Positions 7,614 to 16,436 of a stretch of DNA of 26,663 nt are shown piece by piece. Within the stretch, counting starts at the first letter, position 1, and each line of letters starts with the position of its first letter. The notes beneath the pieces are model-generated. The model saw only the letters and a program-made list of their open reading frames with translations. It ran no database searches and was not told where the DNA came from. The translations under genes and the position numbers were made by a program. The DNA comes from a virus (Duplodnaviria > Caudoviricetes), in the IMG/VR virus record IMGVR_UViG_3300046007_003047, positions 1 to 26,663 of that record; one strand, 5' to 3'.

Positions 7614-7674
7614 GTTGTTATTTGTGCAAATGTTGCAATTTTCCGCAACTAAAAAACTGACCAGATGGTAAAAA

Positions 7675-8979
7675 ATGTCTGCGAGCAAGAAAGATAAATC
7701 CAATAATCTTCAGATTGTATATCGCCCCATCGAATCCTTGATCCCATACGCCCGCAATAGCCGAACTCACTCCGACGCCCAGGTGGCGCAGATCGCAGCA
7801 TCTATCAAGGAATTCGGCTGGACCAATCCCGTCCTGATCGACGCCGAGGGAGGCATCATAGCGGGCCACGGGCGCGTCATGGCTGGCCGCAAGCTCGGCA
7901 TCAAGGAAGCCCCGTGCATCGTTCTTGACAACCTCACAGAGGCACAGCGCCGCGCCTATGTTATCGCTGACAACAAGCTGGCGCTAAATGCCGGATGGGA
8001 TATAGAGCTGCTCAAGGTGGAACTTGGCGATCTCCAAGCGCTCGACTTTGACCTGAGCCTCACCGGATTTGATGCAAGCGAACTTGGCAACCTGTTGGCC
8101 GAGAAAATAGAAGGACTCACCGATGAAGACGCAGTGCCGGAAACGCCTGCCCGCGCTGTCACAGTGCTGGGTGACGTGTGGGTGCTCGGCAAGCATCGGC
8201 TGATGTGTGGTGACAGCACGTCGGTGGACGCGGTGGACAAACTGATGGCGGGCTGCAAGGCCGACATGGTTTTCACGGACCCGCCCTATGGAGTCGAGTA
8301 CCAGTCGAACATGCGCACAAAGTCCCAGAAGTTCGATGTGCTGGCAAACGACGACCAGTTCTTGGACATTACGCCGATTGTTGAAATGTTCTCCACGGGG
8401 TGGGTGTTTGTCTGGACGAGCTGGAAAGTCCAGACAAAGTGGATTGAGATGTTCAGCGGGTTCGGATACCCAACAAATATCGTTATTTGGCACAAGCCAG
8501 GTGGCGGCATTGGCGACCTGAAGCGCACCTTCAGTAGCGACTACGAGGTCGCCCTTGTGTGGCACCGTGGCGCTGAACTGTGTGGCAAGCGCATCGGTTC
8601 GGTGTGGACAATCAACAAAGACGGCGCGTCCACCTACGTTCACCCGACACAGAAGCCGGTCGCCCTGTCCGAGGAGGCGCTGGACAAAACCACCCGGCGC
8701 GGCGCGGTCGTGCTTGACCTGTTCGGCAGCAGCGGCAGCACGCTGATCGGCTGCGAAAAGACCAATCGCCAAGCCCGCCTGATGGAACTGGACCCCAAGT
8801 ATTGCGACGTGATCGTCAAACGCTGGCAGGACTTCACCGGCCAGAAAGCCACGCTGGAATCAAACGGCCAGACATTTGAGGACGTTGCCACCTCACGCTA
8901 CGACTGGGAGAAGGACGCATCCGGATCTTACACCGATGCAATTGCAGCCAAGCGTGCGGAACTTGAAGCATCCAGATGA
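7675..8979 (+). CDS. ParB/Srx N-terminal domain fused to a beta-class N6-adenine/N4-cytosine DNA methyltransferase
   Basis: PYARNSRTH, FGWTNPVL, IIAGHGR and ADNKL (ParB-like); TDPPY (motif IV), HPTQKPV, DLFGSSGST (motif I variant) and ELDPKYCD. Typical position before terS. Confidence 0.92.
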   Translation: MSASKKDKSNNLQIVYRPIESLIPYARNSRTHSDAQVAQIAASIKEFGWTNPVLIDAEGGIIAGHGRVMAGRKLGIKEAPCIVLDNLTEAQRRAYVIADNKLALNAGWDIELLKVELGDLQALDFDLSLTGFDASELGNLLAEKIEGLTDEDAVPETPARAVTVLGDVWVLGKHRLMCGDSTSVDAVDKLMAGCKADMVFTDPPYGVEYQSNMRTKSQKFDVLANDDQFLDITPIVEMFSTGWVFVWTSWKVQTKWIEMFSGFGYPTNIVIWHKPGGGIGDLKRTFSSDYEVALVWHRGAELCGKRIGSVWTINKDGASTYVHPTQKPVALSEEALDKTTRRGAVVLDLFGSSGSTLIGCEKTNRQARLMELDPKYCDVIVKRWQDFTGQKATLESNGQTFEDVATSRYDWEKDASGSYTDAIAAKRAELEASR

Positions 8980-9371
8980 CCGACGAACCAGCTCCTATCA
9001 AAAACAAAGTAGGTCGCCCCCAGATAGGCCGCAGCGAAGAAATCGCCAAGGCAGTGCAACTTCATACGCTCGTCGGCACGCCGCAGCCTACGCTTGCCAA
9101 GGTTCTCGGTATGTCAACCGAGACATTGACTAAATACTATCGAGATGAACTTGATACCGCCAAGGCCCAGGCTAACGCATCCATTGCCGGTCGGCTTTAC
9201 AAGAAAGCAATGGACGGCGACACAACCGCAATGATCTTCTGGCTCAAGACGCAAGCCCGCTGGCGTGAGACAATCGACATCTCCAACGAAGATGGATCGC
9301 TCCAGCAAGCCCCGATTCAGCAAGCAGTCCTTATAGCATTGAACAAGATTCAAGATGCTGAAGGCGAATGA
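8976..9371 (+). CDS. terS: terminase small subunit
   Basis: GRP motif, HTH (LAKVLGMSTETLTKYY), LYKKAMDGDTTAMIFWLK; directly upstream of terL. Confidence 0.8.
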   Translation: MTDEPAPIKNKVGRPQIGRSEEIAKAVQLHTLVGTPQPTLAKVLGMSTETLTKYYRDELDTAKAQANASIAGRLYKKAMDGDTTAMIFWLKTQARWRETIDISNEDGSLQQAPIQQAVLIALNKIQDAEGE

Positions 9372-10740
9372 TTATGCGCTTCTGGCGGCGCGGTTGCACA
9401 ACTTTACCCGCTACATGTTCCGCTCGAAGCGCAACATCGACATGCTCGACAACTGGCACCAAGCCCGTATCTGCAAAGCCTTGGAGCGCGTCTATACGGG
9501 CCGCACCAATCGCCTGATCATCAATGTGCCACCTCGATCCGGCAAGACCGAGATCGCCGTTAAGGCATTTATTGCATGGTCTATGGGGCTAGCTCCAGAT
9601 TCCGAATTCATCCATGCCAGCTATTCCAAACGATTAGCCACATCCAACGCATATGACATCCGCGCCATGATGCAGCACGAGGCTTATCGCCTCGTCTTTC
9701 CGTGGCTCAAGCTCCAGGAAGACAGCAAGGCAAAGGATGAGTTCCGCACCACCGCTGGAGGCATCGTCTATGCTACCGGCGCGGAAGGTACGATCACCGG
9801 CTATGGTGCTTCCAAGATGAGACCGACATTCGGTGGTGCCATCATCATCGATGACCCGCACAAGGCTGGCGAAGCCACCTCGACCGTGATGCGCCAGTCA
9901 GTGATCGACTGGTATCAATCGACAATCCAATCCCGCCTCAACAAGCCAGACGGACCGATCATCATCATCATGCAGCGACTCCACGAGGAAGACCTATCCG
10001 GCTGGCTGATCAACGGTGGATCAGGAGAACCGTGGGAGCATCTCGTCATCCCAGCTCGTGACGAATCCGGCCAATCCTTCTGGCCCGAACAATTCCCGCC
10101 AGAGATGCTAGACCGCCTCGAACTCACCAGCCCATACGTTTTCGCCGGTCAATACATGCAACGCCCCGCCCCACTTGGTGGTGGCATTTTCAAGGATGAA
10201 TGGTGGCGCTTCTTTGACGCCATGCCACCCATCAAGCATCGCGCGATCTATGCCGACACCGCGCAAAAGACAAAGGAGCAGAATGACTATTCGGTGTTCC
10301 AATGTTGGGGACTTACGCAAGACAATCAAATGGTTATGCTCGACATGGTGCGCGGCAAGTGGGAAGCCCCTGAACTGGAAACAATGGCTCGTGCCTTCTG
10401 GCAGAAGCATCATTCCCAGGCGTATCATGGGCCGCTCCGAGCCTTCAAGGTCGAGGACAAGGTAAGCGGCACCGGCCTGATCCAGAAGCTCAAGCGCGAG
10501 GGCATCCCGATTGTGCCGATCCAGCGCAACATCGACAAAGTATCCCGCGCCTTCGACGCCGCTCCATACATCCAATCCGGAAATGTCTACCTGATGCGCT
10601 CGACCCCTCATCTTGCAGATTTCCTCTCTGAGGCCGCCGTGTTCCCAAACGGAACCCACGATGATATGATAGACGCAACCATGAGTGCTATTTCCGATTT
10701 GACAGCGCCGCAGGCTACTCCTGCAATTCGCACCCTATGA
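9355..10740 (+). CDS. terL: terminase large subunit
   Basis: Walker A PPRSGKT, Walker B IIIDDPHK, MQRLHEEDL, QYMQRP and nuclease HDDMIDA. Confidence 0.95.
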   Translation: MLKANDYALLAARLHNFTRYMFRSKRNIDMLDNWHQARICKALERVYTGRTNRLIINVPPRSGKTEIAVKAFIAWSMGLAPDSEFIHASYSKRLATSNAYDIRAMMQHEAYRLVFPWLKLQEDSKAKDEFRTTAGGIVYATGAEGTITGYGASKMRPTFGGAIIIDDPHKAGEATSTVMRQSVIDWYQSTIQSRLNKPDGPIIIIMQRLHEEDLSGWLINGGSGEPWEHLVIPARDESGQSFWPEQFPPEMLDRLELTSPYVFAGQYMQRPAPLGGGIFKDEWWRFFDAMPPIKHRAIYADTAQKTKEQNDYSVFQCWGLTQDNQMVMLDMVRGKWEAPELETMARAFWQKHHSQAYHGPLRAFKVEDKVSGTGLIQKLKREGIPIVPIQRNIDKVSRAFDAAPYIQSGNVYLMRSTPHLADFLSEAAVFPNGTHDDMIDATMSAISDLTAPQATPAIRTL

Positions 10741-10748
10741 GGTCAATA

Positions 10749-12020
10749 ATGGGTTTTTTTGACATTTTTCGCCGCACCGAGCGCAAGGAAAGCCAAGCAT
10801 CAAAACTGCTGGTCATGAATCCAGGTCAACCAGTTTGGTCGCCGCGCAATTACGAATCCTTCGCCCGCGAGGCATACGGCAAGAATGTCGTTGCTTATCA
10901 ATCAATAAATCGAATTGCTGATGCTATTGCATCGGTCAAATTAGGCGTCTACCGCGGCGAACAGGAACTAACAGATCACCCGCTGCTCACGCTACTGCGC
11001 CGCCCGAACCCGATACAATCGTATGGCGATTACGTGCGTGCGAAAGTATCGTTCCTGATGATCGCTGGAAACGGCTACGAAGAGCGGTTCATGGTAGGCT
11101 CCGAGGTCAAGGAACTCTACCAGCTCCGGCCAGACCGCATGTCGATCTTGCCATCTTCTAATGGCGTTCCTGCGGCCTATATCTACAAGGTAGGCCAGAA
11201 CACCACTCGATGGGACGTTGATCCTCGCACACTAACGAGCGATGTGCGGCATATCAAACTATTTAACCCGCTGAACGATTGGTATGGCATGTCACCCATC
11301 GAGGCAGGGGCATATGCGCTCGATCAGAACAACGAATCCATGTCGTGGATGCAATCGCTGCTCCAGAACTCTGCTCGACCATCCGGCGCTCTCACCGTCA
11401 AGGATGGCGGCACGCTTGCCGATGAGAACTTCAACAGGCTGAAAGCCCAGATCGAGGAGCAATATTCTGGCTCTGTAAATGCTGGCCGACCAATGCTCTT
11501 GGAAGGCGGTCTAGAGTGGCAGCAGATGGGTCTATCACCCACCGACATGGGTATCATCGAAGCCAAGTTCGCATCATCTCGTGACGTTGCCCTAGCCTTT
11601 GGCGTGCCACCACAGCTTCTCGGCATCCCCGGCGACAATACATATGCAAACTATGCCGAGGCGCGACTTGCCTTCTGGGAAGACACCGCGCTCCCGTTGC
11701 TCGATATGATCGTCCATGATTGGAACGCATGGCTCGGTTCACTCTATGGCGTCAGCATCAAGCCAGATATTGATTCAATCCCTGCCATTGCAGAAAAACG
11801 CCTATCAATGTGGCAAATGGCTGACGCCAGCAAAGACCTGACAATTAACGAGCGGCGTGCGATCAAGGGCTACGGGCCGGTCGAAGGTGGCGATGTACTG
11901 TTCGTTTCCAGTGCTGAAATGCCACTTGGAATGGCCGGTGAGCCAATGCCAGACATGACTATCGATGAAATGAAAACCATAGCCTATGGCACCGGCAATG
12001 GCTCGACGCCTAGTCGATAA
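10749..12020 (+). CDS. HK97-family portal protein
   Basis: GNGY, LRPDRM, YGMSPI, NSARPSG, NAGRPMLLEGGL, AFGVPPQLLG and TINERR motifs. Start taken at ATG 10749. Confidence 0.95.
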   Translation: MGFFDIFRRTERKESQASKLLVMNPGQPVWSPRNYESFAREAYGKNVVAYQSINRIADAIASVKLGVYRGEQELTDHPLLTLLRRPNPIQSYGDYVRAKVSFLMIAGNGYEERFMVGSEVKELYQLRPDRMSILPSSNGVPAAYIYKVGQNTTRWDVDPRTLTSDVRHIKLFNPLNDWYGMSPIEAGAYALDQNNESMSWMQSLLQNSARPSGALTVKDGGTLADENFNRLKAQIEEQYSGSVNAGRPMLLEGGLEWQQMGLSPTDMGIIEAKFASSRDVALAFGVPPQLLGIPGDNTYANYAEARLAFWEDTALPLLDMIVHDWNAWLGSLYGVSIKPDIDSIPAIAEKRLSMWQMADASKDLTINERRAIKGYGPVEGGDVLFVSSAEMPLGMAGEPMPDMTIDEMKTIAYGTGNGSTPSR

Positions 12021-12783
12021 CAATCCGCGCCGCGAACATCGCCGCCAAGTTGCCTTGCTGGATCGCCTGACGGTTCAGTTCCGCGTCCGCCTACAACGCG
12101 AGATCGCAGCCGCGATGAAAGATATGGTCGAGCATTGGTTGCAGACTAATCAGGTAACCTTGCCGCGGGGCTTCTATGACCGCATCGAGGCAACTTATCG
12201 CCAGATGGCTCTGGCATCGATCACACAATTCGGCCTTCGCATTCTAGACCAAGGCAAGGCACATGGATTGCCGCTAGAGACGAAGGAGAGCTTCGCGCAG
12301 ATCATGACGCGGCTGGCATTGCGCTACGTTCAGCAGGAGATGATCCGCCGCCGCATCACCGAGGTTACAGAAACCACTCGCCGCCAGATCGTTAATGCCG
12401 TGGATCGAGGATATAGCGAGGGACTAGGCCAGCGTGCAATTGCCGATGCGATTCTCGATCTGGTGCCTTCCCTGTCATCGACCCGCGCCAACGTGATCGC
12501 CCGCACCGAGACGCACGGGGCAGCGAATTATGGTTCACAGGAAGCTGCAAAGCAGACTGGTCTGCCAATGCAGAAAGAATGGCTTGCGGCACAAGACGAG
12601 CGCACCCGCGAAACTCACCGGGAAGCAAACGGACAGATCGTCGGCATGGATGATACCTTTCGCGTTGGCGATTCAGATTTGCAATTTCCTGGCGATCCTT
12701 CCGGCTCTGCTCAAGAGGTCATCAATTGCAGATGCACCCTCGCTTATGTCATTGATGACGAAGCCCTTGAGGCCATGTTGTGA
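11998..12783 (+). CDS. MuF / SPP1 gp7-like head morphogenesis protein
   Basis: RANVIARTETH, KEWLAAQDERTRETH, FPGDP and INCRC. Confidence 0.92.
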   Translation: MARRLVDNNPRREHRRQVALLDRLTVQFRVRLQREIAAAMKDMVEHWLQTNQVTLPRGFYDRIEATYRQMALASITQFGLRILDQGKAHGLPLETKESFAQIMTRLALRYVQQEMIRRRITEVTETTRRQIVNAVDRGYSEGLGQRAIADAILDLVPSLSSTRANVIARTETHGAANYGSQEAAKQTGLPMQKEWLAAQDERTRETHREANGQIVGMDDTFRVGDSDLQFPGDPSGSAQEVINCRCTLAYVIDDEALEAML

Positions 12784-12806
12784 AATCAACCAACGGGTGA
12801 TATATT
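12778..12806 (+). promoter_or_regulatory. candidate sigma70 promoter giving a leaderless protease mRNA
   Basis: TTGTGA, 17 bp, TATATT with extended -10 TG. Predicted +1 equals the A of ATG 12813, and there is no SD. Confidence 0.5.
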
Positions 12807-12812
12807 AAAACA

Positions 12813-13925
12813 ATGCCTAGTCCTGGCCCGACCGAAGACGAAGACGAGTTCATTTCCCGTTGCATGAGCGACGAGGAGGCAATGGCTGATTTTCCTGACG
12901 AGGATCAGCGTTATGCTGTTTGCATTTCCAAGTGGGAAGGCAAGGCAGATGGCTTTGCACCGACCGAGGCAATGGCTCGTGAGGCCGAGCGAGGCCTTGC
13001 ATGGCGGGAAGAATTTGGCCGAGGCGGAACCGAGATCGGTGTCGCCCGCGCCCGTGACATCAAGAACCGCCGCAATCTTTCACTCGATACCGTCAAGCGC
13101 ATGAAGTCTTACTTTGCCCGCCACGAGGTAGACAAGCAGGGTCAAGGATTCTCTCCCGGCGAGGAAGGATACCCGTCTGCTGGCCGCATAGCATGGGCCT
13201 TGTGGGGCGGCGATCCCGGCAAATCATGGGCAAACAATATTGTAGATCGCGAGGAAGGCGACAAATCCATGTCAGAATCTATCCAGCATAAATCAGTTGC
13301 TCTCACCCTCAAGCGCGAACCGGATCAGGATGGCGTCTTCGAGGGCTACGCATCGGTCTTCGGAATTGTCGATCAGGGCATGGATGTTGTAGAGCGCGGT
13401 GCGTTCCGCAAATCACTAGGCTCTCGCAAGGTCAAGATGCTGTGGCAGCATGATATGTCACAACCCATTGGTGTCTGGGACGATATTTATGAGGATGAAC
13501 GTGGTCTTTTCGTTCGTGGCCGTCTGCTCAAGGAAGTTGAGAAAGGCCGTGAGGCAATGGCTCTGCTTCGTGCCGGTGCAATTGACTCCATGTCCATTGG
13601 TTATCGCACCATCGAATCCATGCCGGAAGGCGATGGTCGCGTCCGCAAGCTCACCGAGGTCGATCTATTCGAGATCAGCCTTGTCACCTTCCCGATGCTC
13701 CCAGATGCAAAGGTGACGAACGTCAAGTCGATCACGACTGAAAGAGATTTCGAGAAGTTCCTGCGCGAAGCCGGATATTCTCGCAAAGAAGCCGTAGCAA
13801 TCACGCTCCACGGCTTCAAGGCCATACTGAAGCAGCGAGACGCTGGAGAGGATACGGCAGCAACCGAGGGGCTAGATACCCTCACGGCAAAACTGACAAA
13901 ACTCAAAGGTGTATTCAATGTCTGA
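12813..13925 (+). CDS. HK97-family prohead protease with ~150-aa N-terminal extension
   Basis: C-terminal part has FEGYASVFG, MLWQHD, PIGVW, MSIGY and EISLVTFP. The N-terminal part is unrelated to the protease. Confidence 0.92.
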   Translation: MPSPGPTEDEDEFISRCMSDEEAMADFPDEDQRYAVCISKWEGKADGFAPTEAMAREAERGLAWREEFGRGGTEIGVARARDIKNRRNLSLDTVKRMKSYFARHEVDKQGQGFSPGEEGYPSAGRIAWALWGGDPGKSWANNIVDREEGDKSMSESIQHKSVALTLKREPDQDGVFEGYASVFGIVDQGMDVVERGAFRKSLGSRKVKMLWQHDMSQPIGVWDDIYEDERGLFVRGRLLKEVEKGREAMALLRAGAIDSMSIGYRTIESMPEGDGRVRKLTEVDLFEISLVTFPMLPDAKVTNVKSITTERDFEKFLREAGYSRKEAVAITLHGFKAILKQRDAGEDTAATEGLDTLTAKLTKLKGVFNV

Positions 13926-15213
13926 AGAAATCAAGAAGGCAATCGGCGCTGTTGATGCGCTCCATGCCGGATTCGAAGAGTTCAAGAAGGCCAACGACGA
14001 GCGTCTTGCCCAGATCGAGAAGAAGGGCAGCGCAGATGTCGTGACCGAGGCGAAACTCCAGAAGATCGAGGCCGACCTCGAAAAGGCTCAGAAGATCGCT
14101 GACGAAGCCGTTCTTGCGGCCAAGCGTCAGTCGCGTGTTGTGACCGACGAGCGTGGCAATGCCGTCGATCTCGACAAGAAGGCCCAGGAATGGGCTTCGA
14201 TGAATGCTCGCCGTCGTGGCGCTGTCATCGGTTCCTTCGGCGCTGCCGACATGGACGGCTACAAGGCCGCGTTTGACACCTTCCTCCGCAAGGGCGAAGA
14301 AGTCATGGGACCGGACGAGCGCAAGGCTCTCTCGGTTGGCACCGATCCCGATGGTGGCTATGTGGTCAATCCTGACCTCTCTGGCCGCATCGTCATGAAG
14401 GTGTTTGAGTCATCCCCGATGCGTGCTTACGCTTCGGTTCAGGTGATCTCGTCTGACGCTCTCGAAGGTCTGTTTGATCTGAACGAGGCTTCTTCTGGCT
14501 GGGTTGGTGAGACGGATTCCCGTGCGGAAACCAACACGCCGCAGCTCGGCAAGTGGCGCATTCCGGTGCATGAGGTCTATGCAAAGCCGAAGGCTACGCA
14601 GAAGCTCCTCGATGACGCCTCGATCAACATGGAAGCATGGCTTGCTTCCAAGGTTGCCGAGAAGTTCGCCCGTGACGAAGCCAATGCTTTCGTTACCGGC
14701 AATGGTGTAAACAAGCCGCGCGGCTTCCTGACCTATGCGTCAGGCACCACGCTGCCAGGCACCATCGAGCGTTTCGACACGGGCGTTAACGGTGCATTTG
14801 CTGCCGCTCCCAATGGTGGAGACGTTCTGATCAATGCGCTCTACGGTCTGAAGCAGCAGTATCGTGCCAATGCGACTTGGTTCATGAACCGCGCCACGCT
14901 GAAGCTGACGCGCAAGCTCAAGGACTCGGATGGCGCTTATCTCTGGTCTCCAGGCATCGCAGCTGGTCAGCCAGCCTCGCTGCTCGGCTATCCAGTTGCT
15001 TCTTTCGAGGATATGCCCGATCCGGCTACGGATTCGCTCTCCATCGCCGTTGGCGATATGCGCGAAGCCTATCAGATCGTGGATCGCCTCGGAATTCGTA
15101 CGCTGCGTGATCCCTACTCTGCCAAGCCTTACGTGGAATTCTACACCACGAAGCGTGTCGGCGGTGATGTTGTGAACTTCGAGGCCATCAAGCTGATCGA
15201 GTTCACGGCCTAA
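13918..15213 (+). CDS. HK97-fold major capsid protein with N-terminal delta (scaffold) domain
   Basis: Coiled-coil N-terminus, DGGYVV, GNGVNKPRGFL, LKDSDGAYLW, LLGYPV and KRVGG. Start at ATG 13918. Confidence 0.96.
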   Translation: MSEEIKKAIGAVDALHAGFEEFKKANDERLAQIEKKGSADVVTEAKLQKIEADLEKAQKIADEAVLAAKRQSRVVTDERGNAVDLDKKAQEWASMNARRRGAVIGSFGAADMDGYKAAFDTFLRKGEEVMGPDERKALSVGTDPDGGYVVNPDLSGRIVMKVFESSPMRAYASVQVISSDALEGLFDLNEASSGWVGETDSRAETNTPQLGKWRIPVHEVYAKPKATQKLLDDASINMEAWLASKVAEKFARDEANAFVTGNGVNKPRGFLTYASGTTLPGTIERFDTGVNGAFAAAPNGGDVLINALYGLKQQYRANATWFMNRATLKLTRKLKDSDGAYLWSPGIAAGQPASLLGYPVASFEDMPDPATDSLSIAVGDMREAYQIVDRLGIRTLRDPYSAKPYVEFYTTKRVGGDVVNFEAIKLIEFTA

Positions 15214-15218
15214 CAATA

Positions 15219-15244
15219 ATGGGGCGGCAATAACGCCGCCCCAT
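15219..15244 (+). terminator. GC-rich hairpin after the capsid gene, no U-tract (weak terminator or mRNA stabiliser)
   Basis: ATGGGGCGGC-AATAAC-GCCGCCCCAT. Confidence 0.55.
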
Positions 15245-15270
15245 CACTTGCGCTGAGAGGAGTTCCTAGA

Positions 15271-15714
15271 ATGCGCGATATGATTTCCAATAAGCAGGTT
15301 GTCCTGCTTGGTACTGTGACGCTTTCCGGCACCACGCCGGGGGCCACTTCTTGGGTTGACACCCGTGGCTTTGATGCCGTTACGCTGATCCTTGCCACCG
15401 ACACGGTAACGGATGCTGGTGCTGCCGCTGGCTTCACCTTCACGGCGCAGCACGCCGACGACACCGCCGCCGCTTCGGCTGCGGCTATCGTGGCTGCTGA
15501 TTCGGTCGATGGCACGATTGCTCTGTCTGTCACGGTGGACACCGATGACAACAAGCTGATCGGCGGCATCGGCTACAAGGGCAGCAAGCGTTACGTTCGT
15601 ATGAACGGCGTTGGCACCACTGCTACCGACGCAACCGTCAAGGTCTATGCGATTCTCAACAAGCCGCATCGCGCCAAGACTACGCTTGTCGGCAGCAACG
15701 TCGCTGCTACGTAA
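15271..15714 (+). CDS. probable capsid decoration/cement protein
   Basis: 147 aa, Ala/Thr/Val-rich, VDTRGFD and IGYKGSKRYVR motifs, capsid-like codon usage, SD AGGAG, directly after MCP. Confidence 0.7.
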   Translation: MRDMISNKQVVLLGTVTLSGTTPGATSWVDTRGFDAVTLILATDTVTDAGAAAGFTFTAQHADDTAAASAAAIVAADSVDGTIALSVTVDTDDNKLIGGIGYKGSKRYVRMNGVGTTATDATVKVYAILNKPHRAKTTLVGSNVAAT

Positions 15715-15721
15715 CAGGATA

Positions 15722-15743
15722 GGGGCGGGCTTCTGTCCGCCCC
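15722..15743 (+). terminator. hairpin after the decoration gene
   Basis: GGGGCGGGC-TTCT-GTCCGCCCC followed by AATTAT. Confidence 0.55.
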
Positions 15744-15762
15744 AATTATCCAGGAGATAAAA

Positions 15763-15993
15763 ATGAAAGCACTTCTGACGAGAGATTTTTCAATCGCTCC
15801 GGAAGGTCACACTGTTTTTCATTTCAAGATGGGCGATCAGGTTACTGGCAAAACTGCTGAAATTGCACTTGCCAATAACGCAGCAATCGAAATCTCTGAT
15901 ATTGCACCACTTGAAAAAAAAGTCCAAATAGCGGTTGAATCCAAATCAAGGCGCTCAAAATCAAGCGAAAATTCAACGAAGGATAAGATCTGA
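15763..15993 (+). CDS. small hypothetical protein with basic tail
   Basis: 76 aa, SD AGGAG, TGATG coupling to the next gene. Confidence 0.7.
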   Translation: MKALLTRDFSIAPEGHTVFHFKMGDQVTGKTAEIALANNAAIEISDIAPLEKKVQIAVESKSRRSKSSENSTKDKI

Positions 15994-16424
15994 TGGCCGT
16001 CACCATTTCTCTTTACAATCATACAGCAAAACTATTCGCAGAAGGCTCAAATGCTCATGGCGATACTTATAAGGTGAAGCTGTATTCTAGCGCAACATTT
16101 GATGCAACGAACACAACTCTTGCCGGTATCACTGGAACGGAAGCATCAACCGGAACTGGTTATACTGCTGGAGGCCAAGCATTAGCAAACGTTGCTGTTA
16201 CAACTGTGACAACTAATGATGCAAAATTCGACGCAGATGATTTGACTTGGACAGCATCAGGCGGTTCGATTACGGCATCTTATGCTGTAATTTATAATGA
16301 TACAGATGCAAATGATCCACCAATTGCATTTATTAATTTTGATGGATCTCAATCTGCCGGAGACGGAACAGATTTCAAGATCATCTGGAATGCAAATGGT
16401 ATTTTCTCTTTCACTGTAGCATAA
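15993..16424 (+). CDS. small beta-rich virion appendage subunit
   Basis: 143 aa with DTYKVKL, E..TGTGYTAGG..L, FDADDLTW and IAFINFDG...GTDFKIIWNANGI, a pattern I recognise from small phage fibre-associated proteins. Confidence 0.65.
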   Translation: MAVTISLYNHTAKLFAEGSNAHGDTYKVKLYSSATFDATNTTLAGITGTEASTGTGYTAGGQALANVAVTTVTTNDAKFDADDLTWTASGGSITASYAVIYNDTDANDPPIAFINFDGSQSAGDGTDFKIIWNANGIFSFTVA

Positions 16425-16436
16425 ATTCGGTGAATC

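Noticed and set aside
7984-8772. 262-aa minus-strand ORF
   Set aside because: Shadow of the GC-rich methyltransferase domain.
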